A model generated the notes under the pieces. That model was not told the origin of the DNA. It ran no database searches and was given only the letters and a program-made list of their open reading frames with translations. A stretch of 59,663 nucleotides of DNA from Octopus sinensis (taxonomy: Eukaryota), in assembly GCF_006345805.1 (NCBI RefSeq), contig NW_021832426.1, forward strand, positions 1-59,663, read 5' to 3'. This document shows positions 38,901 through 52,224 of the stretch, one piece after another. Position 1 is the first letter of the stretch. Each line of letters starts with the position of its first letter. A program made the translations under genes and the position numbers.

Positions 38901-40345
38901 CAAATCTCCCTCAAACCATACACACCCTAAGCTTTTGAATATAACAAGTATGAATCGCTTCACCAGCAAGAAATAGCAGACAAATCTCCCTCAAACCATA
39001 CACACCCTAAGCTTTTGAATATAACAAGTGTGAATCGCTTCACCAGCAAGAAATAGCAGACAAATCTCCCTCAAACCATACACACCCTAAGCTTTTGAAT
39101 ATAACAAGTGTGCATCGCTTCACCAGCAAGAAATAGCAGACAATTCTCCCTCAAACCATACACACCCTAAGCTTTTCAATATAACAAGTGTGAATCGCTT
39201 CATCTGCAAGAAATAGCAGACAAATCTCCCTCAAACCATACACACCCTAAGCTTTTGAATATAACAAGTGTGAATCGCTTCACCTGCAAGAAATAGCAGA
39301 CAAATCTCCCTCAAACCATACACACCCTAAGCTTTTCAATATAACAAGTGTGAATCGCTTCACCTGCAAGAAATAGCAGACAAATCTCCCTCAAACCATA
39401 TACACCCTAAGCTTTTCAATATAACAAGTGTGAATCGCTTCACCTGCAAGAAATAGCAGACAAATCTCCCTCAAACCATATACACCCTAAGCTTTTCAAT
39501 ATAACAAGTGTGAATCGCTTCACCTGCAAGAAATAGCAGACAAATCTCCCTCAAACCATACACACCCTAAGCTTTTGAATATAACAAGTGTGCATCGCTT
39601 CACCAGCAAGAAATAGCAGACAATTCTCCCTCAAACCATACACACCCTAAGCTTTTGAATATAACAAGTGTGCATCGCTTCACCAGCAAGAAATAGCAGA
39701 CAATTCTCCCTCAAACCATACACACCCTAAGCTTTTCAATATAACAAGTGTGAATCGCTTCATCTGCAAGAAATAGCAGACAAATCTCCCTCAAACCATA
39801 CACACCCTAAGCTTTTGAATATAACAAGTGTGAATCGCTTCACCTGCAAGAAATAGCAGACAAATCTCCCTCAAACCATACACACCCTAAGCTTTTGAAT
39901 ATAACAAGTGTGAATCGCTTCACCTGCAAGAAATAGCAGACAAATCTCCCTCAAACCATATACACCCTAAGCTTTTCAATATAACAAGTGTGAATCGCTT
40001 CACCTGCAAGAAATAGCAGACAAATCTCCCTCAAACCATATACACCCTAAGCTTTTGAATATAACAAGTGTGCATCGCTTCACCTGCAAGAAATAGCAGA
40101 CAAATTTCCCTCAAACCATATACACCCTAAGCTTTTGAATATAACAAGTGTGCATCGCTTCACCTGCAAGAAATAGCAGACAAATCTCCCTCAAACCATA
40201 TACACCCTAAGCTTTTGAATATAACAAGTGTGCATCGCTTCACCTGCAAGAAATAGCAGACAAATCTCCCTCAAACCATATACACCCTAAGCTTTTGAAT
40301 ATAACAAGTGTGAATCGCTTCACCTGCAAGAAATAGCAGACAAAT
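29998..40345 (+). repeat. 80-bp satellite array, ~129 copies
   Basis: Unit CCTGCAAGAAATAGCAGACAAATCTCCCTCAAACCATACACACCCTAAGCTTTT(C/G)AATATAACAAGTGTGAATCGCTTCA. Very homogeneous; one HindIII site in most units. Confidence 0.98.
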
Positions 40346-40649
40346 CCTCAACCTTCTAAAAAGATAGGAAAGACACTGACAAAATAGCAAAGATAAAACA
40401 ACAGTGTCTATTGGCATATTAAAGATAACAGACTATTTTGTTTCATTCAATATCCTAACGAAGTTAAAAGAACATTATTTGGTAATGCTTTGATAGTAAT
40501 ATGTATTAGTTGCTAGACCGGCAAGAAATAGGTAGCAAATCTCCCTCAAACCACATCCTAAAGTCCAAAAATATTAAGAACATCTGCAAGACAAGAAAGT
40601 TTCATTGTAATGGCACCGTCTAGCAAATATTATTCCTGTTATTTTAACT

Positions 40650-41750
40650 TGCTTCCAGTTCTCCTAGATTTTCAAACACGTCTTGAGGGTGTCTTTATCA
40701 AATAATTGCAACGATGCTCTTAGTTAATTCATGTTTTCTACTCCCCGTATGACATACGTAAGAGCTTACATACATCAGTCCAACGAAAATGGCGGTAACA
40801 GTATATTCACGTGAATCGATTCTCCTAAACGCTCTCTTTTATAAGTATGGGTCCATAAGCCGTAAGCTAGAGGGCAACAAGCGCACTGACAGGAAGAATA
40901 GACTCTCCTGGTCTTGCGTTTTTAAATACATTATGCCCCACCCTGAAGGATATGCCTTCGCTATACAGGAACAAGAAATAGTTATTAAACACTGGACAAA
41001 CAAGAAGAATAAAGATACTACCAAAGCTTCATATTGTGTTAAAATATCTCGGCTCTTCTATACCAGTCTGGAAGATATCTCCAACATCATCAGATTCTAC
41101 CTGCCCGTAAAGCATGATATAGTTTCAAAGACTATTTGCAATGCTATCCACAGGATATTTACATCAAAGGCATGTCAGAGCAAGCAGATATTCACACCTT
41201 TAAAAACGACGAATACTTGTGGAACACTTCAATATAAGCATCAATTCGATGCAAACATAACAAACCTGATATTGTTCTATGCCACAGAGAACCAAAGTCA
41301 TGCACTGTTGTAGAGGCCAGAGGCCCAGCGGATGTGAACGTACAATCAAAATCCAGGAAAGGGAGAACATTTAAGGCGATTGAATACGGAACTTACAGTG
41401 ACAATGAATTCTCATTTGTACCTATCATCATAGGTGCATTAGGTTATGTGTCAAGAAATTTGCACAAAACCCCAGGAATACTCGGTCTCACGAAGAAAGA
41501 GCGAAAGAAACTGACGTGGTTTCTCCAAATCCAATCTCTATTAGTGGCACAGTGAAGGTTTGTAAGACATTACCAAAAATTCTCCATGTGAGATTCTTAT
41601 GTGAATACATGCGCACAGTTGGATGTATGCGTCGACAGTTCAACCAACACACCAACACAAACACATATTTACAAACATGGGAAACACTTAACTCAAAAGT
41701 CTTTCCTCTTTTTTAGCGACCGGCGTGAACTCACAAGAAGAACTGAAATA
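40650..41750 (+). pseudogene. Degenerate Dong/R4-like non-LTR retrotransposon 3' region (restriction-like endonuclease domain)
   Basis: EGYAFAIQEQEI, KHDIV, HNKPDIV and FVPIIIGALG motifs in order, across frameshifts. Confidence 0.75.
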
Positions 41751-41771
41751 AAACTCAAAGAAAAATCATAC

Positions 41772-41937
41772 ATAGGCGCAGGAGTGGCTGTGTGGTAAGT
41801 AGCTTGCTAACCAACCACATGGTTCCGGGTTCAGTCCCACTGCGTGGCACCTTGGGCAAGTGTCTTCTGCTATAGCCTCGGGCTGACCAATGCCTTGTGA
41901 GTGGATTTGGTAGACGGAAACTGAAAGAAGCCCGTCG

Positions 41938-41968
<31 letters not shown>

Positions 41969-42180
41969 ATATGTTTGTGTGTCTGTGTTTGTCCCTCTAG
42001 CATTGCTTGACAACCGATGCTGGTGTGTTTACGTCCCCGTCACTTAGCGGTTCGGCAAAAGAGACCGATAGAATAAGTACTGGGCTTACAAAGAATAAGT
42101 TCCAGGGTCGATTTGCTCGACTAAAGGCGGTGCTCCAGCATGGCTGCAGTCAAATGACTGAAACATGTAAAAGAGAGTAA
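41772..42180 (+). mobile_element. SINE family A, full length
   Basis: GGCGCAGGAGTGGCTGTGTGGTAAG...GGTTCAGTCCC...CCTTGGGCAAGTG (CORE-like)...GAAACATGTAAAAGAG. Confidence 0.9.
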
Positions 42181-42211
42181 GATAATGTAAGAAAATGAAG
42201 TTCTTTCAGTT

Positions 42212-42758
42212 CCAATTCTTTCGTCTTTTTTTTTTTTTCTAAAATTTTCGTTGCGTATTGCAACCTTTTCAATAGTTTTGAAACGAAAATTTTAGGAAAA
42301 TAAAGAAGAAATAAGTGGAAATTTTACCGGTGAGTGTGTTAATTATCACGTGATCACGTGATCGACCAGACCATCAGATGTTGTTACACATCGCTGGTCA
42401 CAATGCGTTCGCATTGTTTTAGCCTTCGAATGACGCCACCCCGCTGGCTAAGCGAGCAGGCCAACAGAAGAAAGAGTGGGAGAAAGAGTGGTGAAAGAGT
42501 ACAGCAGGGATCACCACACCCTGCCGGAGCCTCGTGGAGCTTATTAGATGTTTTCGCTCAATAAACACACACAACGCCCGGTCTGAGAATCGAAACCGCG
42601 ATCCTGCGATCGCGAGTCCGCTGCTCTAACCACTAGGCCATTGCCCCTTTACGTGTTAATTATACGGCACTAAAAGAGAATGACTCTCTCCAGACACAAC
42701 AGAATATGCTTCAACATACGAACTCGCATAAAGAATCTTGCAAACCAAATCCTAAAAC
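42212..42758. mobile_element. Fold-back element family F, copy 2 (interrupted by a SINE)
   Basis: Flanking direct repeat GAAGTTCTTTCAGTT at 42197-42211 and 42759-42773. Internal inversion near 42280. Confidence 0.7.
42347..42652 (-). mobile_element. SINE with family B head and an alternative tail
   Basis: Head and body match family B; the tail ends in GATCACGTGATCACGTG. TSD GTGTTAATTAT. Confidence 0.8.
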
Positions 42759-42829
42759 GAAGTTCTTTCAGTTTCTCTTTTTTACGTGAAATGTATTGAA
42801 GGAAAATTTTCATTTTCCTGTTAAATGAA

Positions 42830-43450
42830 TTTTAGCCATTGTCCATATAGCAGATGTCGAAACTATGTTGGCATGGCTACTCCAGTGTATCGCTATTTCC
42901 CCATCCTGCTGTTGGTGAAAGAATTGACAACTATCAAGTTTTCAAAGAAGGAATTACTGATTAATGCCTCTACTGCGGAAGGCAATGAAAATATTGAGGG
43001 CAAATTTACGCGAAAGTTTTTCTCCGCAATCCAATGAAAATTGTTGGTCCCAGTAGAATTGTATAAATGAACAAAACTGTAATTTCGACGATAGAAGGCA
43101 AAAATCTAGGTCGAATGCTACCCGAACAATGGGATTTCGGTGGTTTGCGTCGCGAAATTCGAGAAGTATTTTTTCTTTCCACTTACCCTCTCGTAACGTG
43201 ACGCACTCGAATACTGCATTCAGCTGTGAACTTTGACGAGAGTAACTATTTACACTGATATCAGGGTGGCAACTGTTTCTGTTTATGAACACGGGAGACG
43301 GGCAACATTAGGCAACTTGTAGAAAGTACTGTCGGCCCGACTGAAGCGGGGAATAAACGGCACTGTGGGAATCGTCGTTCTACGGTGGACTCACATCTCA
43401 GCAAGTTTATGTGGTGCTGCAAGAAGACCACGATATCTTCTAAAATTCGT
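42830..43450 (+). pseudogene. Degenerate Merlin (IS1595/ISXO2-like DDE) transposase
   Basis: LRNPMKIVGPSRIV*MNK...NLGRMLPEQWDFGGLRRE (43022-43160), TIYTD and NKRHCGNRRSTVDSHLSKFMW (43352-43414) follow the Merlin motif order KIGG..IVEIDE / GR..QWVFGG / TI.SD / L.SYL.EFMW. Confidence 0.7.
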
Positions 43451-43486
43451 TGTTTTATTTCATCATTGTTTCTTTTTATTGACAGT

Positions 43487-44300
<814 letters not shown>

Positions 44301-44486
44301 CGTCGAGAGCAAAATCTGTGACTATGGCAATAATATTCTTATTCTAACTGTATGTGAAAATAAATCTTCATGTTGGAAGAAATCGAAAACGGTCCAATGA
44401 ACATTTCTCAATGTTTTCTTTTACGAGGAATGTGCATCTGTAAACATCGTGTTTCCTTCATATATCTTATTAAAGTTTTATCGAAA

Positions 44487-44871
44487 TCTCTCTCTATATA
44501 AGTTGTCTGTGTGTGGCAGGTTTGGTAGCCTTTAACTAACATTATCTCCTCCGAGACCCTGCGGCGCAAGTTGACCAAAATTGAGAGTATGATAGAAGAA
44601 GGCTTGCTCTTCCTTCCGTAGAAGAAAAAAATCAAATTGGACCATGTTAACACCAAAAATTATTTACATCAAAAAGATGCTTTTTTTCTATGAAAATCCT
44701 TATGTTTTACGATTTTTTGACTGCTGTGTCGTCATTTATCGGTGTATTTCAACCAGAAAAATGTTCACTTAAAGAGAATAACAAGCTACATAATGCAAAA
44801 TTTTTACTTTTCAAAAATTCCAATTCTAAAGGGTCGAAACAAACCCGAGCAACGCCGGGCTATACTGCTAG
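44487..44871 (+). mobile_element. Non-autonomous Helitron, family 2
   Basis: A|TC start and CCCGAGCAACGCCGGG...CTAG end. Paralogue at 46442-46839. Confidence 0.8.
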
Positions 44872-46441
44872 CATAAATATAAAATAAAAAAAGCAATGTT
44901 TATTTCGCGAATCTCGCGATATTTCTTCCAACCACTAGAGGTTTTTCAAAATTCTGACATTATTTTCAGAAAATTTATTCATGTAAATTTGCATGCAGAT
45001 GGCGAAAATCGACTTTATTTCTTCTGTAAATAATGTACATTCAACCAATCGAAAAACCTCGATTGCCAATCTCATAATGCAGATCAGCAAATCTCATAAT
45101 GAAGATCAGCTAACACAGCTAAATGGAAATGTTTACGTGATAATTCGACCTGCTACAAATGGCGGTCAAATGTTCCTGGAGTAAACAGGTACAAACATGT
45201 TTTGGGTGAGAGTTTGTAATATTAAATAATGAGGGAGGGTGCGCTCGCGTGTGTGTGTGTGCAGTGTGTGTATGTGTGTGCAGTGTGTGTGTGTGTGTGT
45301 GGTGTGTGTGTGTGTGTGGTGGTGTGCGTGTGTGTGTGCATGTGTTTACACCGGTGACTATATTTTCGACTATATTTTTCACCCCGATTGAATAAAATGA
45401 CCAGGGTTGAATGCTACTAAAACGGTGGTGGTTCGGCGATTTCTGTCGCGAATCTCCAAAAAATCTCTTTTCTTTTTTTTTTTTTACTGTAGATTTTTGT
45501 CTTGTGACACACTCGAATTTTGCATTCTACATTCAATTCTACCGAGAACAATTCTTCACAGTAACGTCTGGCGCGCTTATTCGCATATTTGCATATTCCA
45601 CAGATAGCAGAATAACAATTTAGCCCATAGGACGTTGAACAAATGCGTTGTGTTTATAAACAATTCAATCAAAGTGTTACCTTCGACTTGTTACAGAACT
45701 CAGTAACAAACTGCGAAGCATAAAATAAAATATAGATTCTCACTTATGCCCTATTATCTGTACTTATTTCATTTTTATTTTATAAGTCAATAATTAATAT
45801 TCTACAATTTATTACTTAGCGTTCACTGCTTATAATTAATGAGAATAGATAACACCAGGGATTCCGTCACTTTCGTTTTATGCCCGAGGTCATGGACGAA
45901 CGAAATGTCATTCCATTTTCCGTTATGATTCTACCAAGTTGAGCGATAACGTAGAGGTTTCCTTGTATTATTGGCATTCACCAATAACAAATAATATCAA
46001 TTTTCAGTTAGATAAGAGAGAGTCAACATATACGGGCTTACTGAAAGTAAAAATGAAAGCTGTTTTGAAGCTTTATTCTGGTTGCCTGGTTACAATAAAT
46101 CCTGTATATAAAGGTAACTTTGACTCGTCAAATTTAGTTTCATTTACAGAGAGAAGTATTATAACATCGTGGTAAGTTACACATTTGCTTGCAAATTATC
46201 AATATAGTTTTGTGGTATTTTACTCTGTCTGTAAGTAAGAGATCGCATTCCCTTCAATTATTTTATGATAATTTTGTTAAAACTTAAATATTATGTGGAA
46301 AAAAAAACAGTTTGTCTAGCGGATCTTGTGAAGTTTCTTCCAAATTTTTTCAAATTTTTCAGCATATTGTATCAAATAAAATATTGTATAAATGTAGATT
46401 TGCATACTAATGGCGATAAGCGATTTCATGTTTTCTATTAA

Positions 46442-46839
46442 TCTCTCTCTATATAAAGCTGAAGGTGTCTGTGTATGGCAGGTTTGGTAGCCTTTAACTA
46501 ACACTATCTCCTCCGAGACCCTGTGGCACAAGTTGACCAAAATTGAGAGTCTCATAGAAGAAGGCTTGCCCTTCCTTCCGCAGAAGAGAAAATTCAAATC
46601 GGACCATGTTAACACCAAAAATTATTTGCATCAAAAAGGTGCTTTTTTTCTATGAAAATCCTTATTTTTTACGATTTTTTTAATGCTGTGTCGCCGTTTT
46701 TTGGTGTATTTCAACCAGAAAAATGTTCACTTAAAGAGAATAACAAGCTACATAATGCAAAATTTTTACTTTTCAGAAATTCCAATTCTAAAGGGTCGAA
46801 AAGAAAACTAACCCGAGCAACGCCGGGCTATACTACTAG
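46442..46839 (+). mobile_element. Non-autonomous Helitron, family 2
   Basis: A|TC...CTAG|T; similar to 44487-44871. Confidence 0.8.
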
Positions 46840-47097
46840 TTATTACGAAAGAAGTTATAAGTATATAAACTTTATGTAATTTCAGTAGTTTTAAAACTAC
46901 GATTGCCCATGTTGTCATGGAGATCAGCATATTTCGATCTCAGTTTCTTTTAATTACAGGTATTTTCCGAAATTTTAATCTACATATTTTTAAAACAAAC
47001 ATCTTTGATATAGTTTTATTTGCATTCATTTAAGGTGGCGTAATTTTAGCTAATGAAACAAGTCCAGTGTCCTCACAAGCGGAAGTCCAAACAGTTT

Positions 47098-47111
47098 GTT
47101 GCCATGGCAAC
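47098..47111. promoter_or_regulatory. Perfect palindromic RFX X-box GTTGCCATGGCAAC
   Basis: Exact match to the canonical RFX site. ETS-like CGGAAGT at 47080-47086 and a second X-box-like GTTGTCATGGAGAT at 46911-46924. Confidence 0.5.
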
Positions 47112-47159
47112 CCCAGCCTATCTGTTTTTACTCACGGTATACATATAGAAATTGAGTGT

Positions 47160-47542
47160 GGAGGCGCAATGGCCCAGTGGTTAGGGCAGCGGACTCGCGG
47201 TCATAGGATCGCGGTTTCGATTCCCAGACCGGGCGTTGTGAGTGTTTATTGAGCGAAAACACCTAAAAGCTCCACGTGGCTCCGGCAGGGGATGGTGGTG
47301 ATCCCTGCTGTACTCTTTCACCACAACTTTCTCTCACTCTTACTTCCTGTTTCTGTTGTACCTGTATTTCAAAGGGCCGGCCTTGTCACTCTCTGCGTCA
47401 CGCTGAATATCCCCGAGAACTACGTTAAGGGTGCACGTGTCTGTGGAGTGCTCAGCCACTTACACGTTAATTTCACGAGCAGGCTGTTCTGTTGATTCGG
47501 ATCAACCGGAACCCTCGTCGTCGTAACCGACGGAGTGCTTCC
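47160..47542 (+). mobile_element. SINE family B, full length
   Basis: TSD ATAGAAATTGAGTG at 47145-47158 and 47543-47556. Confidence 0.9.
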
Positions 47543-49119
47543 ATAGAAATTGAGTGAACATAAAGAATTGTTTTCAGATTTTTCAGAAAAATTTAATAAA
47601 AGAAAATAATGATGAAGTAAAACAATCTAAGAATAGAATTTTTCAGTTATTTTCACATGAAATGTAAAGAAAGAAATCATTGTTTTTCAGTTTTTCGTTT
47701 CTTTTTTTCCCCCGTGGAATGTAATTAAAGATACGGTAATCTAAGATTTAACTGCTATATCCAGTAGTCAGATTATCGCATAAAGATGCCCTTGTTAATT
47801 CGAATTAAACTTTATAAGTTACCTGCCAACAAATAATTTTAAAAGAATTTTATTGGATTGATACTAAAGAAAATTACAAATTCTTTATTTGATTGTTGTA
47901 AATATATTTTTTGTTTTTTAACTTTAGGCCAAACTTTAGGCTCCTCTGAGTTAAAAGAAACCCCAGTACTTCACTACCACTAAGCTTGGGGGCCCTTAAG
48001 CCATGAACATATTGGCTCATACATGAATCTGGACTTTCTGGGCTCCACATTTAATTTTAATTCCGGATTTATTTCCCTTGTCTTTTTTGACCAGAATTAC
48101 TGATTACGTTAAAACGTTTTGTTTTTCTCTTTAATACGGGGATAACTTTCTTTTAGTGAACAATAAATTTCCTACATTTTCCTTTCCTTGAAATTTCCAG
48201 AAATAATAACAATTATTAGTTTAACTGTGCATATCATAACTCATTTTTAAAATTAATTTGACTTTTATTAAGGACTCAGTAGCAAAAACAGACGGTTGCG
48301 CGCACAGTTTTTTAACTGCTATTTCCGGCACGTCGTGCAGCGATTTATGTGTCGTTAGTGTAGGTTCGAATTAGAATCACGAGGCAGTGTTGTCTACAGA
48401 TATAAATGTTACCAGTTCGAATGTCCCAAAGACATAGAACCCTCAAGAAAGCCACTCGCTGCATTTTGTAAGGAAAGCCACTCACTGCATTTTGTAGACA
48501 AAATATAAACACAAGTCATTCCCGGGTTCCCACTGATATAACGCAGTAAATGACTTTCTTACGGGTTCGAAGAAACCACAACATATTTGAACTAATAACA
48601 ACTTTTGTACACTTCTCGATGAAGCGCTTGCGTTTCGTATATTACTACTCGGTATGTTTTCTTTCTTACGGGTTCGAAGGTGTCGCTACACATTTAACTT
48701 ATTAACAAGTTCATATGAATACTCAATATTTGCCACTAATACTATATTCTCAGTATTTAGTGATGTCATTTCGTTTTCTAAGAAACGTTGACATATATGG
48801 AGATAGTTTGTCATAATGCTTGATTCTGATTGGCTGCATGTTATCTGTTTCTTTATTACTCACAAGGGGCTAAACATAGAGGGGACAAACAAGGACAGAC
48901 ATACTATCGACTCTTCTTTCATATGGCTTCCTTTTAAAAAGATATATAGTTTTCAAAAGTAAAAATATAGTTTATGAAAATTTAAGGTGGCTTAAAAAAG
49001 GAAGCCCTCTTTAAATTAAGATTATCTAATCAACTTCCACTCTTTTTTTTTTTTTTTTTGAGAACTTTAAATTGTTCGCAAGGGAAAATATGTTTGAAAA
49101 TTCTTGAAGAACATTTTTC

Positions 49120-49950
49120 TCTTTCTCTTTTACTTATTTCAGTCATTTGACTGTGGCCATGCTGGAGCACCGCCTTCAGTCGAGCAAATCGATCCCAGGA
49201 CTTATCCTTTGGAAGCCTAGTGCTTATTCTATCGGGGTCTTTTACCGAACCGATAAGTTACGGGAACGTAAGCACACTAGCATCGGTTGTCAAACGATGC
49301 TGGGGGACAAAAACAGATACACAAACATATATATATATATACGACGGGCTTCTTTCAGTTTCTGTCTACCAAATCCACTCACAAGGCTTTGGTCGGCCCG
49401 AATTTATAGTAGAAGACACTTGCCCACTGAACCATGTGGTTGGTAAGCAAGCTACTTACCGCTCCACACGGGTACAAATATAGAAAAAAATAGGAAGTTG
49501 AAAATATACCGAGAATAGGTAAAAAAAAATTTATTATACTCTTTACTCTTTTACTTGTTTCAGTCAGTTGACTGCAGCCATGCTGGAGCACCGCCTTCAG
49601 TCGAGCATCTCGACCCCGGGACTTATTCTTTGTAAGCCTAGTACTTATTCTATCGGTCCCTTTTGCCGAACCGCTAAGTGACGGGGACATAAACACACCA
49701 GCATCGGTTGTCAAGCAATGCTAGAGGGACAAACACAGACACACAAACATACACGCAAACATATATATATATATATATACATATATACGACGGGCTTCTT
49801 TCAGTTTCCGTCTACCAAATCCACTCACAAGGCTTTGGTCGGCCCGAAGCTATAGTAGAAGACACTTGCCCCAGATGCCACGCAGTGGGACTGAACCCGG
49901 AACCATGTGGTTCGTAAGCAAGCTACTTACCACACAGCCACTCCTGCGTA
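49120..49950 (-). mobile_element. Two adjacent SINE family A copies (49120-49470, 49538-49950)
   Basis: Both match the reverse complement of family A. Confidence 0.85.
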
Positions 49951-50349
49951 ACCGGTTTCACAGTAATTGACACTGATTTTCAAAGGCTGAAGTAGAAAGA
50001 CGTTGGTTATGCTGCAATTGTTTTACTTCTAACTTGTGTTTGAAGCTTGTCGTATTCTTATAGTGTACAAGGCTCAAATTAGCAAATGTTTTGGATAGGA
50101 TTTGATTCCTAGCGGATAGTTACATGATTGGTCTTATAAACTTTTGTTGGTTCCTCGCTAATTTTTGATTTAAAGTTTCCTTCGATTTTAAATATTATGG
50201 TTTTAAATCGTAATATTAATTTTATATAACCGGTTATTGAAAAGACCGTAAGTGGAAAAGACCGATGAAACAAAACCAATTTCAAATGTGTATCTATTAA
50301 TGTAATAGTATATTTTTTTGTTCCATTCTCAACCAAAACTGTCCGACAC

Positions 50350-50665
50350 ATATATGTATGTGTGGTGGGGGGTGAGTGAGTGTGTGTGTGTAAGCGTATG
50401 TGAGTGTGTGCATGTGTGTGTATGTGTGTGTATGTGTGTGTATGTGTGTCTATGTGTGTCTATGTGTGTGTGTAAATGTATGTATGTATGTATGTATGTA
50501 TGTATGTATGTATATGTGTGTTTGCACGCTGGACGAAATGCTTAGCGGTATTTCACCCGTCGCTATGTTCTGAGTTCAAATTCCGCCTTGGTGTGTATGT
50601 GTGCGTGTGTGTGGGCGTGTGTGGATATCTGTGTAATATGTGTATGTATGTATGAAGGTACATAT

Positions 50666-50729
<64 letters not shown>

Positions 50730-50940
50730 TATATATAGATAGATAGATATATAGATATGTATGTATGTGTATGCATTTATTTATATTTATATATATATAT
50801 ATATATACATATGAGTTGGTATATGTGTGCGTGCGCGTGTGCGCGTGCGCGTGCGTGTGTGTGTGTGTGTGAGTGTGTGTGTGTGTGTATGTGTGTGTAC
50901 GTATCTATGTGTGCCTGTGCTTGTGTTTGTGTGTGTGCGT
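50350..50940. repeat. Mixed (TG)n/(TA)n microsatellites with a SINE C fragment at 50525-50588
   Basis: Seen directly. Confidence 0.9.
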
Positions 50941-51122
50941 CGTGATTTAGAAGTACACTTCGACTACATCATTATATATATAACCGTTTACAAGAAAGAT
51001 TGATAAGAATTCTGCGCAATATATATTTATATTATGGATGGAATTTTTTTCTTAGAGCTACTACAATCGATTTTTCATTTCAGATATATCCTTTGCTGGC
51101 CGGAAACGAAAATTAGTGGAAA

Positions 51123-51293
51123 ATGGAGTCGTCGAAAGAAGTACAGAAATCATCCGATGCAGGAGACGTCTCTGGAACTAAAACTAGTGAATCGTCAATC
51201 AAAGGCAATCTTTCAGCCACTATCAGAGACGGTATCTCTGCAAACGTAGAAATCAAATCGAAACAGGAATTAACATTCTCATCAAAAAAATAA
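51123..51293 (+). CDS. Candidate 56-aa microprotein (tandem family member 2), not in the ORF track
   Basis: Own translation: MESSKEVQKSSDAGDVSGTKTSESSIKGNLSATIRDGISANVEIKSKQELTFSSKK*. TTTCAG acceptor at 51078-51083, in-frame upstream TAG at 51114, AAAATGG context. Flanks are homologous to those of 27848-28075. Confidence 0.55.
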   Translation: MESSKEVQKSSDAGDVSGTKTSESSIKGNLSATIRDGISANVEIKSKQELTFSSKK

Positions 51294-51770
51294 AGATCAA
51301 AAGTGGAAACAACACACCCATGACCATCTCTACATATTATGTAATGAGGACTATTCTTCAACGTGTCCTTTAAAAAGATGGCATGGGTTGTCTTTTAGTC
51401 AAACTTGCCACAATATTTTAAAACCAGGATAAGTCTGGTGATTTCAAATAACGATGATTAATATCCAATGATTAAAAATATATGTAATTTGTAGCTAATG
51501 TATTACGTATGCATATAATAGGCATCTTAAATATATTCTGAGTTATAGAAGTGATTATCTCTCTTACAATAATCAACTGAACCGAGGTTGCACGTTTTCA
51601 GTTATATAATGATTCAATAAGCATGGAGCAATAAAGAAGTCAATATCCGTAAAATTTCGTTTGTCTCTATTCATTTGATGATTGTATTGTTTGATTGATA
51701 AGGCAAAAGCAAAGCTAGAAGGATCTGACCACATAGATTCACAAACACACAAACCATAATAAGAGAGCCG

Positions 51771-52189
51771 GAATCTTTTCGGTTTGAACGGCAGTTTTTT
51801 TCTAGCGGTGTCATATGAAATTGTCACCCATAATTATGACCCTAGTATCGATCTATTGCATTTCAATCTGTTTTAGGGTTAGGGTTAGGGGTGAGAGGAA
51901 GGGTATCTTTTTTTCTTTACAAATGTAAATAAACCCAATCTGTTTCTTAAACGAGGGACATATTCATACGGCACAGAATGTTTTCACCTCAATAGACGTC
52001 ATTGATTGGTTGAAATTGCAGAAATGGAAGAAAAAAAAACAACAAATATCTTACAAACCATAGAATTTTCTCAATAAAGCCAAGAGAAAAAGATGTTTTA
52101 TAAACACATTCAACCAGTATACGAAGTTTAAAAGTGTTTAGTCACGTGGAAATTATTTTAAAAAACTGCCGGTCAAACCGAAAAGATCC
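51771..52189 (-). mobile_element. MITE, Merlin-like (opposite orientation to 24419-24836)
   Basis: Same TIRs; 8-bp TSD GAGAGCCG at 51763-51770 and 52190-52197. Confidence 0.85.
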
Positions 52190-52224
52190 GAGAGCCGCAG
52201 AGGAAAAGATATATTAATGGTTGT

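Noticed and set aside
29998-40345. 80-bp array as a CRISPR array or repetitive protein gene
   Set aside because: No unique spacers and no cas genes, in a eukaryotic context. The unit is not a multiple of 3 and contains stops; ORFs appear only where indels occur.
42825-43037. 70-aa ORF as a family member
   Set aside because: Better explained as the N-terminal part of the degenerate Merlin transposase.
45939-46175. 78-aa ORF as another microprotein paralogue
   Set aside because: Non-ATG start, no shared C-terminal motif, and not at the equivalent position in a duplicated unit.
47160-47235. tRNA genes at SINE B/D heads
   Set aside because: A/B boxes are present, but they continue into SINE bodies flanked by TSDs, and I see no complete cloverleaf.
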